Source: Nitrospirota bacterium
GTDB lineage: Bacteria; Nitrospirota; JACRHJ01
Assembly (NCBI GenBank): GCA_963845245.1
Contig: CAWJRJ010000022.1
Location: forward strand, 9,311-73,310
Length of the DNA: 64,000 bases
Direction of reading: 5' to 3'
Under the pieces are notes generated by a model. The model did no database searches. It was not told where the DNA came from and was given only the letters and a program-made list of their open reading frames with translations. Shown here piece by piece: positions 30,043 through 41,640 of the stretch (the first letter of the stretch is position 1; each line of letters starts with the position of its first letter). A program made the position numbers and the translations under genes.

Positions 30043-31601
30043 TTAGAACTTGACGGTCAGCTTCGTCTCGAGGCCGTATGCAATGTTCCTCTTGAAGCTC
30101 GGGTGTCGTCGTTACCATCGAGAACGGCCTTCGGATCGACGATCGTGCCGTCACGCTCGCGTTGAGGCATCGATCTGGCCGTTGTACGCATACCATGCGC
30201 CCGGGACGAATACGCCACCGTTGACATCGAGGTTCAGGTTGTCATAGATCTTGTAGCCTGCGTGTGCATCGACTTCCCAGCCGAGGTCGCGGGACTGGCC
30301 CTCGACGGCATCGGCGCAGAGGCCCTGAGGTACAGGACGGCCATGTCCACGCCCAGCTTGTCGGTCGGGTTGACGCCGGCAGTCAGCTTGATGTAGCCGG
30401 TGTTGGCAAGGCCGAAACCGCCTGTGCCGTCGCCGAAGCCGAAGCCGCCGCCGGTGCCCATCGGGCCCTGGCCGATCTTGTCGTTGTAAAGGAATGCATA
30501 GTTGTAGGAGGTCTCACCGTACGGGCTGAGGTAGGTCCTGGAACCAGGTGTCTTGTTCGGGCTGGTGCCGGTGCCGTAGGCGACTTCCATGCCGACGTTG
30601 ACCATGGCGACCTTCGCGCCGACGCCGACCATCGCAGCGTGGGAGATGTTGACGCCGACGGTGCTGACCTTACGATGCGGCGTTTATGTTCTGGTAGTCG
30701 TACTCGGCCTTGTAGGTGATGGGCCCGATGACGCCGTCAGCCGTGACGCCGATGTTGTGGAGGTGCATCGCTCCGGTCTGTGAAGGGGTCGAGGAAGCCG
30801 GAACTGAAATCAAGGTACCAAATGTCAGAGAAGCAGGATTCTGGTCAATTATATAGTGCGCAGCTGTAAAAGTCCCGGCTACGTTCTGTGTGGCCGCGTC
30901 ATGCACGAAGAGGTAGTTGATGCCGACGGTGTTGCCCGGCATGAAGGTGTAGTTGGCAAGTGCAGCCCACACGTCAGCGTCATGGTGCTCGTTGCCGTTG
31001 AGGTTGCGTGGATAATGAGGGATCCTCGGCAACGGGATCAATGCTGAACTTGCCGCTCGGTGCAGAGCTTGAACCCTCTACGACCTTGGCGTAGACGCCG
31101 GCGACGAGCAGGTCGGGGATGGGCTTGGAGTAGACGAGTATTGCGTCCGTGCCGTCCCTGTGGGTGTCAAGGGAGATGCCGTGGCCAAGCGCCAACGGCT
31201 GATGGCCTATCTTCACGCCGACCGGAAGACCGGGGACCATGAAGTTGATCCAGGCCTGCCTGACGCGAAGGCTCTCGCCCTGGTAGTTGACGGCGGAGAA
31301 AACGGCGCCGTCGGTCTGGTTCACGCCCCAGACGCGCTCGCTGTTAACGCTGTCCATCTCGACGAATGCCTCGAGGCCTTCGGTTATCTTGGCATCGACG
31401 TTGAGAAGGATGCGGTCCGCGAAGAAGGTCTGGGTGTTCGTGCGGCATTGTGTTCTCGTTGAAGTTCTTGTTGAGGTCGAGGTTATTCCAGAGGTCATAA
31501 CGGATTTCCATGTTGCCGCCCACGGTGATCTCAGCTGCCGCTATGGAAGCGGTGGCAAAGACCATGAGGCCGACAAGTACTGCCAGCATTAATTTCTTCA
31601 T
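30043..31601 (-). CDS. Outer-membrane beta-barrel porin (several indels)
   Basis: Signal peptide MKKLMLAVLVGLMVFATASIAAA, alternating amphipathic strands, C-terminal AYGLETKLTVKF* (beta-signal Phe), strong codon bias. Confidence 0.85.
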
Positions 31602-31897
31602 CTTTATTCTCCTCCTTGAGTGTTTCCCGTTGCTTTGCATGATGTATCTAAACTGCTGTAATAGTGCCTGCAATGATAGACTTACGTGAATCGTTTAGAA
31701 TCCATCCCCCCTTTCCGTGAAACAAGAATATTGATTATAAGCTGGACGTCACCTCCTTGGCTTTGATCGATATTTCATCGAGCCGGTTAAGCCAAATTAA
31801 TCAAAACTTAACATAAATTTAATATAAAGTTCCGGTAAATTATCATCCTGAAACATTTTTGTCAAGTTTTTTTTGCCTTTTTCTTACTCTTTACATA

Positions 31898-31913
31898 TGC
31901 AATTATCATGCCC
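31898..31913 (-). promoter_or_regulatory. Putative sigma54 (-24/-12) promoter for the porin
   Basis: GGGCATGATAATTGCA (GG-N10-GC) on the minus strand. Confidence 0.45.
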
Positions 31914-32075
31914 TGAAACATGGAAAATTGGGCATACCGGTATGAGGATGAAACCGCTTGCAAACATGGCATTTTTTGCATGTACGCATATGTTTGGCCG
32001 GCAATGGGAGTGAGGACTGTGTCAGTGCTGACACAGACAGCATTTGATTGATGTGTCTTATTCGACACAGATTGG

Positions 32076-33032
32076 CTATTCCTTCGGCTTTGCGCCAGGC
32101 CTTATCTTGCGGAAATCGACCCATGTGTCGAAGAAACCCACGGCCCACATGAACAATATCAGGAATGGCTGCAGCAGGACCAGCACAAGCGTAAGCGTCC
32201 TCAGGAAGCCGGTCAGCCTTATCCTGTCAAACAGGTGCGTCAACACTGCGAAGCCCTGGAACAGGTAGATTATGGAGACACAGGCAAGCACGTTGCCCGC
32301 GGCAAGCCTCAACGGCTGGTAATCCGGTATCATCAGGAAGCCTGGTACTATTATACCCCACACCGCATGGTCCGGCGCATACCATGTCGTTATCACGGTC
32401 TTGACGCCGCCAGGAAGCCCTTTACTCAGCAGGTACACCCGCAGTACAGCCAGGCTCATGCTGGCGGCACCCGCCATCATCCAGACCACAAGCGAAGGAA
32501 AGTAGTCCTTTACGACCGTGGCGACAAGTTGAAGACTCGGCTTCAGCGTATCGATGTCCGCCTGGGACATCCCTATCTGCTGGTATATCCTTATCGACTC
32601 CTGCAGGCTTAAGTTAAGCCATTTATCGAGGAACGCCCACGGGTTGATCCCGGCAAACGCCAGGTACGCCCCCGCAACCGGTGCGGCCAATACCAGAGGG
32701 AACAGGGTCGCCTTTAAAATGGCCTTGTCGCCCGGCTCACCCGCGACAACAGAATTGCCGAGAACGATACCTGTCAGGCAGAACAGTGACACAAGGAAAG
32801 CCATGACATATGAACCGGTCATAGCGACCGCAAACCCGGCACAGAAAAAACTGACTAGGGCAGAATTCGAAATTCCGTGCCTGACCCTCGCATAGGCTAC
32901 TGCGGCCGGAAGGAACGAGACCGCAATCGTCCCGGCAAACGGCAGGAAGATAAAAGACGCGGTCATGGCGAGCGCAGCCGCAGCCGGGGCCACCTTTGAA
33001 AAAATATTCTCTGTAAAGTTTTGATTGCTCAT
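32076..33032 (-). CDS. DUF2232/YybS-family membrane protein
   Basis: Multi-TM protein, YLFQGFAV and GFFDTWVDFRK motifs; follows rpsR. Confidence 0.85.
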   Translation of the reverse strand: MSNQNFTENIFSKVAPAAAALAMTASFIFLPFAGTIAVSFLPAAVAYARVRHGISNSALVSFFCAGFAVAMTGSYVMAFLVSLFCLTGIVLGNSVVAGEPGDKAILKATLFPLVLAAPVAGAYLAFAGINPWAFLDKWLNLSLQESIRIYQQIGMSQADIDTLKPSLQLVATVVKDYFPSLVVWMMAGAASMSLAVLRVYLLSKGLPGGVKTVITTWYAPDHAVWGIIVPGFLMIPDYQPLRLAAGNVLACVSIIYLFQGFAVLTHLFDRIRLTGFLRTLTLVLVLLQPFLILFMWAVGFFDTWVDFRKIRPGAKPKE

Positions 33033-33069
33033 AAGAAGGAAAGGGCCGCCTCGTTTTGAAGCGGCCCTT
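33033..33069 (-). terminator. Stem-loop/terminator after rpsR
   Basis: AAGGGCCGC...GCGGCCCTT stem with a pyrimidine-rich tail. Confidence 0.6.
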
Positions 33070-33075
33070 CGTAAG

Positions 33076-33318
33076 TTAGAACCTCTCGCCCACGAAGGGC
33101 AGGAGAGCGATGTTCCTGGAACGCTTTACAGCGTTGGTAAGTTCGCGCTGATGTTTTGCGCAGTTTCCGGATATCCTGCGCGGGACTATCTTGCCGCGGT
33201 CGGTCACATAACCTTTGAGCAGCCTGATATCCTTGTAGTCTATGACCGGTATCTTGTCCGCGCAGAAGCGGCAAACCTTCTTGCGCTGGAAACGTGTCCT
33301 CTTTTTCTCTACCTGCAT
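33076..33318 (-). CDS. rpsR: 30S ribosomal protein S18
   Basis: [31 protein letters not shown]. Confidence 0.98.
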   Translation of the reverse strand: MQVEKKRTRFQRKKVCRFCADKIPVIDYKDIRLLKGYVTDRGKIVPRRISGNCAKHQRELTNAVKRSRNIALLPFVGERF

Positions 33319-33371
33319 TTATCCTCTCCAATTTGTCACCCAGGTAACAATGGGCCAGCAGCTTAAAGTCC

Positions 33372-33400
33372 CTGGATTCCAGCTTTCGCGGGAATGACAA
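33372..33400. repeat. REP-like palindrome TGTCATTCCCGCGAAAGCTGGAATCCAG (minus strand)
   Basis: Imperfect hairpin between ssb and rpsR; related to 62836-62863. Confidence 0.7.
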
Positions 33401-33413
33401 TCGTTTGTGGTTG

Positions 33414-33797
33414 TTAAAAGGGGATGTCCCCTTCGTCCATAATATCTTCAGCCTCGGGCTCGGAGCCGGCCTGCTTCTTGGGCATAAACTGGATGTTGCT
33501 CGCGACGATCTCCACCTTGCTTCGCTTCTGACCGTCCTGTTCCCAGCGCCTCTGCTGCAATCTGCCTTCGACCAGCACTCCGCTCCCCTTGCTCAGGTAG
33601 CTGGAGCAGGTCTCGGCCTGCTTGTCCCATACGACGACGTCGAAATAGCTGACCGCGTCCTTCGGGTCCTCGCCTGGCCTGGGCCTCTTGTTCACAGCAA
33701 TCGACAGAGATGCGACAGCCTTGCCGCTCGGGTTGTACCTGAGCTCGGGGTCCTTCGTGAGGTTGCCCAACAATATCACTTTATTGAAGCTGACCAT
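33414..33797 (-). CDS. ssb: Single-stranded DNA-binding protein
   Basis: NKVILLGNLTKDPELRY; C-terminal DIPF. Confidence 0.98.
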   Translation of the reverse strand: MVSFNKVILLGNLTKDPELRYNPSGKAVASLSIAVNKRPRPGEDPKDAVSYFDVVVWDKQAETCSSYLSKGSGVLVEGRLQQRRWEQDGQKRSKVEIVASNIQFMPKKQAGSEPEAEDIMDEGDIPF

Positions 33798-33840
33798 AAC
33801 GCTCCTTAACTAACCTTCGGACTCTTCGACCGCTGGGGCT

Positions 33841-34224
33841 TCAACCGACAGGGGCTTCGGTTGCTTCAGCAGCCTTCTCTTCGGCAGCCGCTGTTGCGGC
33901 GGCCTCAAGCCTCGCCTGGTGCTCAAGCATGTCTTTTTCAAGGCGGATGGTCATGTACTTTATGACCGCGTCCGTCATCTTGAAGTTGCGCTCAAGCTCC
34001 GCGACCGTGGCCGCGCCGCCTGTGAACTGGAAGAGGACGTACTCGCCCTTCTTCTGCTTCCGCACCGTGTAGGCGAGCTTGCGCTTGCCCCACTTCTCCA
34101 CCTTGGTGACTTCGCCGCCGTTGCCCGCGACAACCTCTTGCATCCTGAGGTTTATCTTCTCGGACTCGGCCTCGTCGATGGACGGGTTCAGAATAAAAAT
34201 GCTCTCGTAGTGCTTTATCATCAT
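33841..34224 (-). CDS. rpsF: 30S ribosomal protein S6
   Basis: YESIFILNP, WGKRKLAY. Confidence 0.97.
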   Translation of the reverse strand: MMIKHYESIFILNPSIDEAESEKINLRMQEVVAGNGGEVTKVEKWGKRKLAYTVRKQKKGEYVLFQFTGGAATVAELERNFKMTDAVIKYMTIRLEKDMLEHQARLEAAATAAAEEKAAEATEAPVG

Positions 34225-34227
34225 TTC

Positions 34228-34275
34228 ACCTCCTTCTGGATTTTTAGCCCCCTCTTTGTATAGGGAGCAAGGAGT
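34228..34275 (-). promoter_or_regulatory. S6:S18-type ribosomal leader (autoregulatory RNA hairpin)
   Basis: CTCCTT-GCTCCCT...AGGGGGC-TAAAAATCCAG-AAGGAG: an anti-SD stem sequestering the rpsF RBS, with CC in the internal loop. Confidence 0.7.
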
Positions 34276-34360
34276 TCGACCTTTAAATCGGCCCTCAATG
34301 GACCGAAGCTGTTATAAATACCATTATTCTGCGGAAAAATCAAGTAAAACCTGGAACTTC

Positions 34361-34457
34361 CTACTTTTCTTTCAGATGAAAGAAGAGTAGACAAAAGAAA
34401 GCCATTACTAAGCAGCTTTTCTTTTGGTTACTTTCTTTTCCCGAAAAGAAAAGTAAC
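34361..34457. repeat. Inverted pair of TACTTT...AAGTA hairpin (REP-like) elements
   Basis: CTACTTTTCTTTC-AGAT-GAAAGAAGAGTAG-ACAAAAGAAAGC and GCTTTTCTTTTG-GTTACTTTCTTTTC-CC-GAAAAGAAAAGTAAC, arranged as an inverted pair. Confidence 0.65.
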
Positions 34458-34460
34458 GGT

Positions 34461-35557
34461 TTACACGTTGAACCGGAACAACATGCAGTCACCGTCCTTG
34501 ACGACGTACTCCTTGCCCTCGGACCGAAGCACGCCCTTCTCCTTGGCGGCATTCCATGAGCCGAGCGTCACGAGGTCGTCGTATGCGACCACCTCTGCCC
34601 GGATGAAACCGCGCTCGAAGTCGGAGTGTATCTTGCCCGCCGCCTGCGGGGCCTTCATCCCGGCGGTTATCGTCCAGGCCTTCACCTCGTCCTCGCCGGT
34701 GGTGAAGAAGGTTATAAGGCCGAGCAGTTCGTAGCCCGTCCTGATCAGCTTGTCGAGGCCCGGACTCGGTGAGCCCTACGGCCTCAAGGAAATCCGGCCT
34801 CTCCTCGGGCGGAAGGGCGGCAATCTCTGCCTCGGTCTTGCCGCATATCACCACCACCTTCGCGCCCTCGGCATCGGCTATCATCGCGGACCTGCTGCAC
34901 CATCTCGGTGTCCTTGTTTAAGTCTTCCTCGGAGACGTTGGCGACGTAGAGCACCGGCTTTGATGTGAGCAGGAAGAAGCCCTTCAGCATCGCGCGCTCT
35001 TCGTCGGTATAGGGGGCCTTCCTGATGGGTTCGCCCTTCTCAAGCATCGCCTTCAACCGTTCAAGCAGTTCGGACTCGGCCTTTGCGATTTTGTCGCCGC
35101 CCCTGGCCTCCTTCTGCTTTTTGAATAGCCGCTTGTCTACGGTGTCGAGGTCCGCAAGCATCAGCTCCGCCTCTATGACCTCGATGTCGCGCTTCGGGCC
35201 GATCTCGCCGTCGACGTGTATGACGTCCGGGTCGGCGAAGCAGCGCACGACGTGGATGATGGCGTCCACCTCGCGGATGTTGCCCAGGAACTTGTTGCCA
35301 AGGCCCTCGCCCTGGCTTGCGCCCTTTACCAGCCCGGCTATGTCCACGACCTCCATGGTGGTGGGCGTGAGCTTCTTCGGGTGGTACATCTCATTAAGCA
35401 CTATCAGGCGCTTGTCCGGCACCTCCACGATGCCGACGTTCGGGTCTATCGTGGTGAAGGGGTAGTTGGACGCCTGCGCGCCCGCCGATGAGAGCGCATT
35501 GAATATCGTCGATTTCCCCACGTTGGGGAGGCCTACTATACCGCAGTTGAAACCCAT
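34461..35557 (-). CDS. ychF: Redox-regulated ribosome-binding ATPase YchF (two indels)
   Basis: [49 protein letters not shown]. Confidence 0.96.
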
Positions 35558-35572
35558 GATTTCCTTTTCCTA

Positions 35573-35660
35573 TGTAGGGGCCGACCCGCGTGTCGGCCCT
35601 TCATGATTCTTCCAACCGTCCGTGATATTAAAAGGGCCGACACACGGGTCGGCCCCTACA
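35573..35660. repeat. Inverted GTAG-type REP doublet
   Basis: TGTAGGGGCCGACCCGCGTGTCGGCCCT ... AGGGCCGACACACGGGTCGGCCCCTACA. Confidence 0.8.
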
Positions 35661-35720
35661 ATTTGTTGAATTATATACTTTTGAACCGTTTTGTCAATCC
35701 AATAAGTCCGGCGCTTTTTT

Positions 35721-35757
35721 AAACAGAACAGCCCCGCCCGTTACCGGGCGGGGCTGT
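35721..35757 (-). terminator. Terminator of hppA
   Basis: ACAGCCCCGCCCG-GTAA-CGGGCGGGGCTGT followed by TCTGTTT. Confidence 0.75.
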
Positions 35758-35787
35758 CATTGTACAGCAATACTGCCGTCAGCGCAA

Positions 35788-37896
<2,109 letters not shown>

Positions 37897-38147
37897 TAAA
37901 TTAATCCTCCCTTTCCAAAAGTTAAGAAAAAAACCATTACTCCTCAGGTGAAACAAAAGGAACAGCCCTTAAATCCCCCCTTCCCTATAAAAACCAATCT
38001 ATAAAATACAACTTGCCCTATTAAAACGTTGTTCTAAACGAGACGAGATTTTATCCGTTTTGCGGGTGGAATACCAATTAAAAAAATTAATAAACCGATA
38101 AGACAACCTGTTGTATCATGAAACAACCACTTGAAAACTAAGAGATT

Positions 38148-38738
38148 TTACTCTGAGGCTTCATCAGGTTTTTCAGGATTTTTATTAAACCTGTTCATGG
38201 CCCTGTCGGGGCCTTCCTTCAAAACCGCCATTATGGCCTCGACCGCCCGGCCAACAACCTCCCTTGCTGTGGGGAGTTCATCCTCTGAAAAGCAGGACAG
38301 CACATGGTCCGCCGGGTCTACACCGGCCGGCGGGCGCCCCACTCCAAGCTTGACCCTTATGAAGCGGTCGGTGCCGAGAGAGGCCATTATCGAGGCCACA
38401 CCGTTCTGGCCCCCCGCCCCGCCTGCCTTCCTTATCCTTATGGAGCCCAAAGGCAGGTCGATGTCGTCATGGACGACTATAAGGTCCTCCGGCCCGGCCT
38501 TCATCTCGGAAAGTATAGGGGCTACAGCGTTGCCGCTCAGGTTCATATAGGTGTACGGCTTTACCAGCAGTGCTTCGACCCCGGCCAGCCGCGCCTTGCC
38601 AACCAGCGCCTTGTGGGCGCGGGCTGAAACGTCCGCCCTGAACTTGTCTGCAAGGGCGTCTATTGCCGCAAACCCCATGTTGTGCCTGTTGCCTGCATAT
38701 TCGGGCCCGGGGTTGCCCAGCCCCACTATGACCTTCAA
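38148..38738 (-). CDS. pth: Peptidyl-tRNA hydrolase
   Basis: IVGLGNPG..Y..NRHNMGF, KPYTYMNLSG, VHDDID. Confidence 0.97.
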   Translation of the reverse strand: MKVIVGLGNPGPEYAGNRHNMGFAAIDALADKFRADVSARAHKALVGKARLAGVEALLVKPYTYMNLSGNAVAPILSEMKAGPEDLIVVHDDIDLPLGSIRIRKAGGAGGQNGVASIMASLGTDRFIRVKLGVGRPPAGVDPADHVLSCFSEDELPTAREVVGRAVEAIMAVLKEGPDRAMNRFNKNPEKPDEASE

Positions 38739-38744
38739 GGCCCT

Positions 38745-39389
38745 TTATTCTTCCTTCTTCGCCTTTGTCAGGACTTCAGGTTCCTTGACCTCACCCTTCT
38801 CACCACCGGCAAGCATCTCATCGAGCTTCGCATCGGATATCGGGGCTACAAGGGTGACAATGACAGTCTCTGCTTCCGTACGGGCCTTAACGCCATCCGG
38901 GAACTTCAGGTCGCCGACGTGAATTGAGCTGCCTATGGCCATAGCCGAGGCATCGACGTCGATATGCTCGGGTATGCTTGCAGGCAGGCACTCTACCTCA
39001 ATTTCCCTCGCCATGTGCTGAAGGATCCCGCCCTCTTTCACGCCTTCGGGGGTGTTTCCTACCATCATCACCGGAATGGTAACATGTATCACCTTCTCCA
39101 TGGAGACCTCAAGAAGGTCGGCATGCATCAGCTCGGTGCTGATCGGGTCTACCTGGTAGTCCCTCAGGACGGCCATCCGCTGTTGGCCCGCGAAGTTGAC
39201 CGTGATCAAGGTGTTGCCGCCGACTCCGGCATTTATTATCTTCACAAGCTCCTTGCGATTTATAGTAAGGGCTGTCGGTGCGCCAAGCCCGTACATCACG
39301 GCGGGGATATTGCCTCCCCTCCTGAGGCTTCTGGCTACGCCTTTACCTTTGTTCTCCCTTAACTCTACGTTCAATGCTACTTTTTTCAT
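38745..39389 (-). CDS. rplY: 50S ribosomal protein L25/CTC
   Basis: GKGVARSLRR..IPAVMYG, GVKEGG, CLPASIPE. Confidence 0.96.
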   Translation of the reverse strand: MKKVALNVELRENKGKGVARSLRRGGNIPAVMYGLGAPTALTINRKELVKIINAGVGGNTLITVNFAGQQRMAVLRDYQVDPISTELMHADLLEVSMEKVIHVTIPVMMVGNTPEGVKEGGILQHMAREIEVECLPASIPEHIDVDASAMAIGSSIHVGDLKFPDGVKARTEAETVIVTLVAPISDAKLDEMLAGGEKGEVKEPEVLTKAKKEE

Positions 39390-39426
39390 GACCTTTATCC
39401 TCCTGCGTTTATTTTCCCGCTTTACT

Positions 39427-40368
39427 CTACATGAAAAGCGAACTGACCGATGCCTCTTCGTGGATCCTCTTTATGGCCTCGCCCAAAAGCGGCGCGACCG
39501 TAAGGACGACAAGCTTGGGGCATTCCTTCTGCTTGTTGTCCATTGCTATGGTGTTCGTTACGACAACTTCGTCGAGCTCGGACTCGTTTATCCTCTTTAT
39601 TGCCGGCCCGGAGAGCACGGCATGGGAGCAGGCCGCCATCACCCTTTTGGCCCCGTTGGCCTTGAGGGCTTGCACGGCCTGAGTTATAGTGCCGGCGGTG
39701 TCTATCATGTCGTCAAGAAGCAGCGCGTCACGCCCTTCCACGTCGCCTATTATGTTCATCACCTCGGCGACATTTGGCGCGCTCCGCCTCTTGTCTATTA
39801 TGGCGATGCTTGCGCCAAGCCTCTTGCCGAAGGCCCTGGCCCGTTCCACGCCTCCCGCGTCCGGCGAGATGATGACAGGGTTCTCAAGCTGTTTTGTCTT
39901 CAGGTAGTCGAAAATGACCGGGGTCGCGAACAGGTTGTCCACCGGGACGTCGAAGAAACCCTGTATCTGGCCGGCATGCAGGTCGATGGTCAACACCCTG
40001 TCCGCGCCTGCCGTCGTTATAAGGTCCGCTACCAGCCTTGAAGTGATGGGAACCCTCGGCTGGGCCTTCCTGTCCTGCCTGGCGTATCCGTAATAAGGCA
40101 TGACCGCGGTGATGCGCCTCGCCGACGCCCTCCTGAAGGCGTCTATCATTATAAGGAGCTCCATCAGGTGGTTGTTGACGGGGCTCGAAGTAGGCTGTAC
40201 CACGAACACGTCCGCGCCTCTGACGTTCTCGTTTATCTTGACGTTTATCTCGCCGTCGCTGAACGTCGCTACATAAGCATCGCCCAAGGGGCATTTAAGG
40301 TAGGCCGCTATCTCCCTGGCCAGCTCTATATTTGCGTTACCCGTGAAAAGCTTCATTACGTCCGGCAT
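39427..40368 (-). CDS. prs: Ribose-phosphate pyrophosphokinase
   Basis: FSDGE, PYYGYARQDRK, SPDAGGVERAR, DDMIDTAGT. Confidence 0.98.
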   Translation of the reverse strand: MPDVMKLFTGNANIELAREIAAYLKCPLGDAYVATFSDGEINVKINENVRGADVFVVQPTSSPVNNHLMELLIMIDAFRRASARRITAVMPYYGYARQDRKAQPRVPITSRLVADLITTAGADRVLTIDLHAGQIQGFFDVPVDNLFATPVIFDYLKTKQLENPVIISPDAGGVERARAFGKRLGASIAIIDKRRSAPNVAEVMNIIGDVEGRDALLLDDMIDTAGTITQAVQALKANGAKRVMAACSHAVLSGPAIKRINESELDEVVVTNTIAMDNKQKECPKLVVLTVAPLLGEAIKRIHEEASVSSLFM

Positions 40369-40428
40369 CTGTTTGTCTCTTTCTCGGCTTCTTTCAGCTA
40401 GTAGTCGCGCAGCTTTAATAAAAAATCC

Positions 40429-40503
40429 TGGCTGGGGCGCCAGGATTCGAACCTGGGAATGGGAGATTCAAAGTCTCCTGACTTACCGCTTGTCGACGCC
40501 CCA
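40429..40503 (-). tRNA. tRNA-Gln (TTG)
   Basis: TGGGGCGTCGACAAGCGGTAAG...GGAGA-CTTTGAA-TCTCC...GTTCGAATCC...CCA; ispE-tRNA-Gln-prs synteny. Confidence 0.97.
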
Positions 40504-40505
40504 AC

Positions 40506-41405
40506 TCAAACGGGTAAACCTTTGATTACTTCCAAATCCGGCCATGAGGATATCGTCCTTGTGGCTATTACAGTCCACCCCGGCCTTTTGAGCCTTTCTG
40601 CGGCCGCAAGAGCCGTTGCCGCGTCCCCGAAAACCCCGAAGACGGTCGGACCGCTCCCGGACATGAGAGCGCCAAGCGCACCCGCACCCAGCAGGCTGTC
40701 CTTCATCAGGCCTATCTCATGGTATCTCGCGGCGGTCACCCGCTCCAGGTCGTTATGGAGCAACGAAACCAGAAAACCGGCGTCAGGTATCCGGCCCTCA
40801 AACGGTGGAAGTGTAGTATTATTATGGTTGTTTGTCAACTCAATTTTTAAATTCTCAAATACCCACTTGGTGGACACCGCAAACCCGGGGTTCAAAAGTA
40901 CAAGCCAGACGCCGTCCGGAGAAGGCAGCTCCGTCAGCCTTTCTCCTACCCCTTCAGCCCGTGCGCAGGGCCAGGAAAGAAAGAACGGGACGTCGGCGCC
41001 CAGAGAGAGGGCCATCTCCATAAGCCGTTTGCGGGGAAGCGCGCCGTAGAGGGCCTCCATTCCCCTCAGGGCAGCGGCCGCATCGCTTGAGCCGCCCCCC
41101 AGCCCGGCCGCCATAGGCACCCTTTTATCGAGGCGGATGCTTACCCCGCCGTCCACACCGGTCTCCTTTATATATGATTCAGCCGCCCTGTATATAATAT
41201 TGTTGCGACCCTGAGGCACGTCCGCCATGCCGCATGAAAGGGATATGCCGCTGTCGCGCCTTTCAAGGACAAGCTCGTCCGCAACCTCAAGCGCCTGCAT
41301 GACGCTTACCAGGTCATGGTATCCGTCAGGCCTTTTTCCGACCACCCTGAGGTGAAAATTGACCTTTGCGGGCGCCAGAATCCTTAATGTTTCATTCTTT
41401 TTCAT
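40506..41405 (-). CDS. ispE: 4-diphosphocytidyl-2-C-methyl-D-erythritol kinase
   Basis: APAKVN, PMAAGLGGGSSDAAA, LGADVPFF, MSGSGPTVF. Confidence 0.97.
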   Translation of the reverse strand: MKKNETLRILAPAKVNFHLRVVGKRPDGYHDLVSVMQALEVADELVLERRDSGISLSCGMADVPQGRNNIIYRAAESYIKETGVDGGVSIRLDKRVPMAAGLGGGSSDAAAALRGMEALYGALPRKRLMEMALSLGADVPFFLSWPCARAEGVGERLTELPSPDGVWLVLLNPGFAVSTKWVFENLKIELTNNHNNTTLPPFEGRIPDAGFLVSLLHNDLERVTAARYHEIGLMKDSLLGAGALGALMSGSGPTVFGVFGDAATALAAAERLKRPGWTVIATRTISSWPDLEVIKGLPV

Positions 41406-41474
41406 GAGAAGCGAGATTTTATATTTTTATATCCTGAATGTCAAGTGGTACGCGGAAATACTCAGTTTGTCATC

Positions 41475-41506
41475 ATATTTTATGCGCACTAACGCGCATA
41501 AAATAT
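41475..41506. promoter_or_regulatory. Perfect 13-bp inverted repeat in the divergent ispE/kinase promoter region
   Basis: ATATTTTATGCGC-ACTAAC-GCGCATAAAATAT. Confidence 0.55.
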
Positions 41507-41640
41507 CGTCTCTGCATGGTTCTCATAAGTTTATCCACATTAAACTAATGAGATAGCGTGATAATCTGCACCATGGACCTTTAAATGCATTGTGGCCCGG
41601 TTCTTGCTTTACATAATCACAATGGTCATTTAATACAGAC

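Noticed and set aside
30775..30890. Diversity-generating retroelement variable region in the porin
   Set aside because: No reverse transcriptase or template repeat in the window
33029..33400. ORF starting MSFPRKLES
   Set aside because: The start comes from the REP palindrome and the ORF overlaps rpsR out of frame
38111..38126. Additional parS sites (also half-sites near 31717 and 37948)
   Set aside because: Half-sites or wrong spacing only
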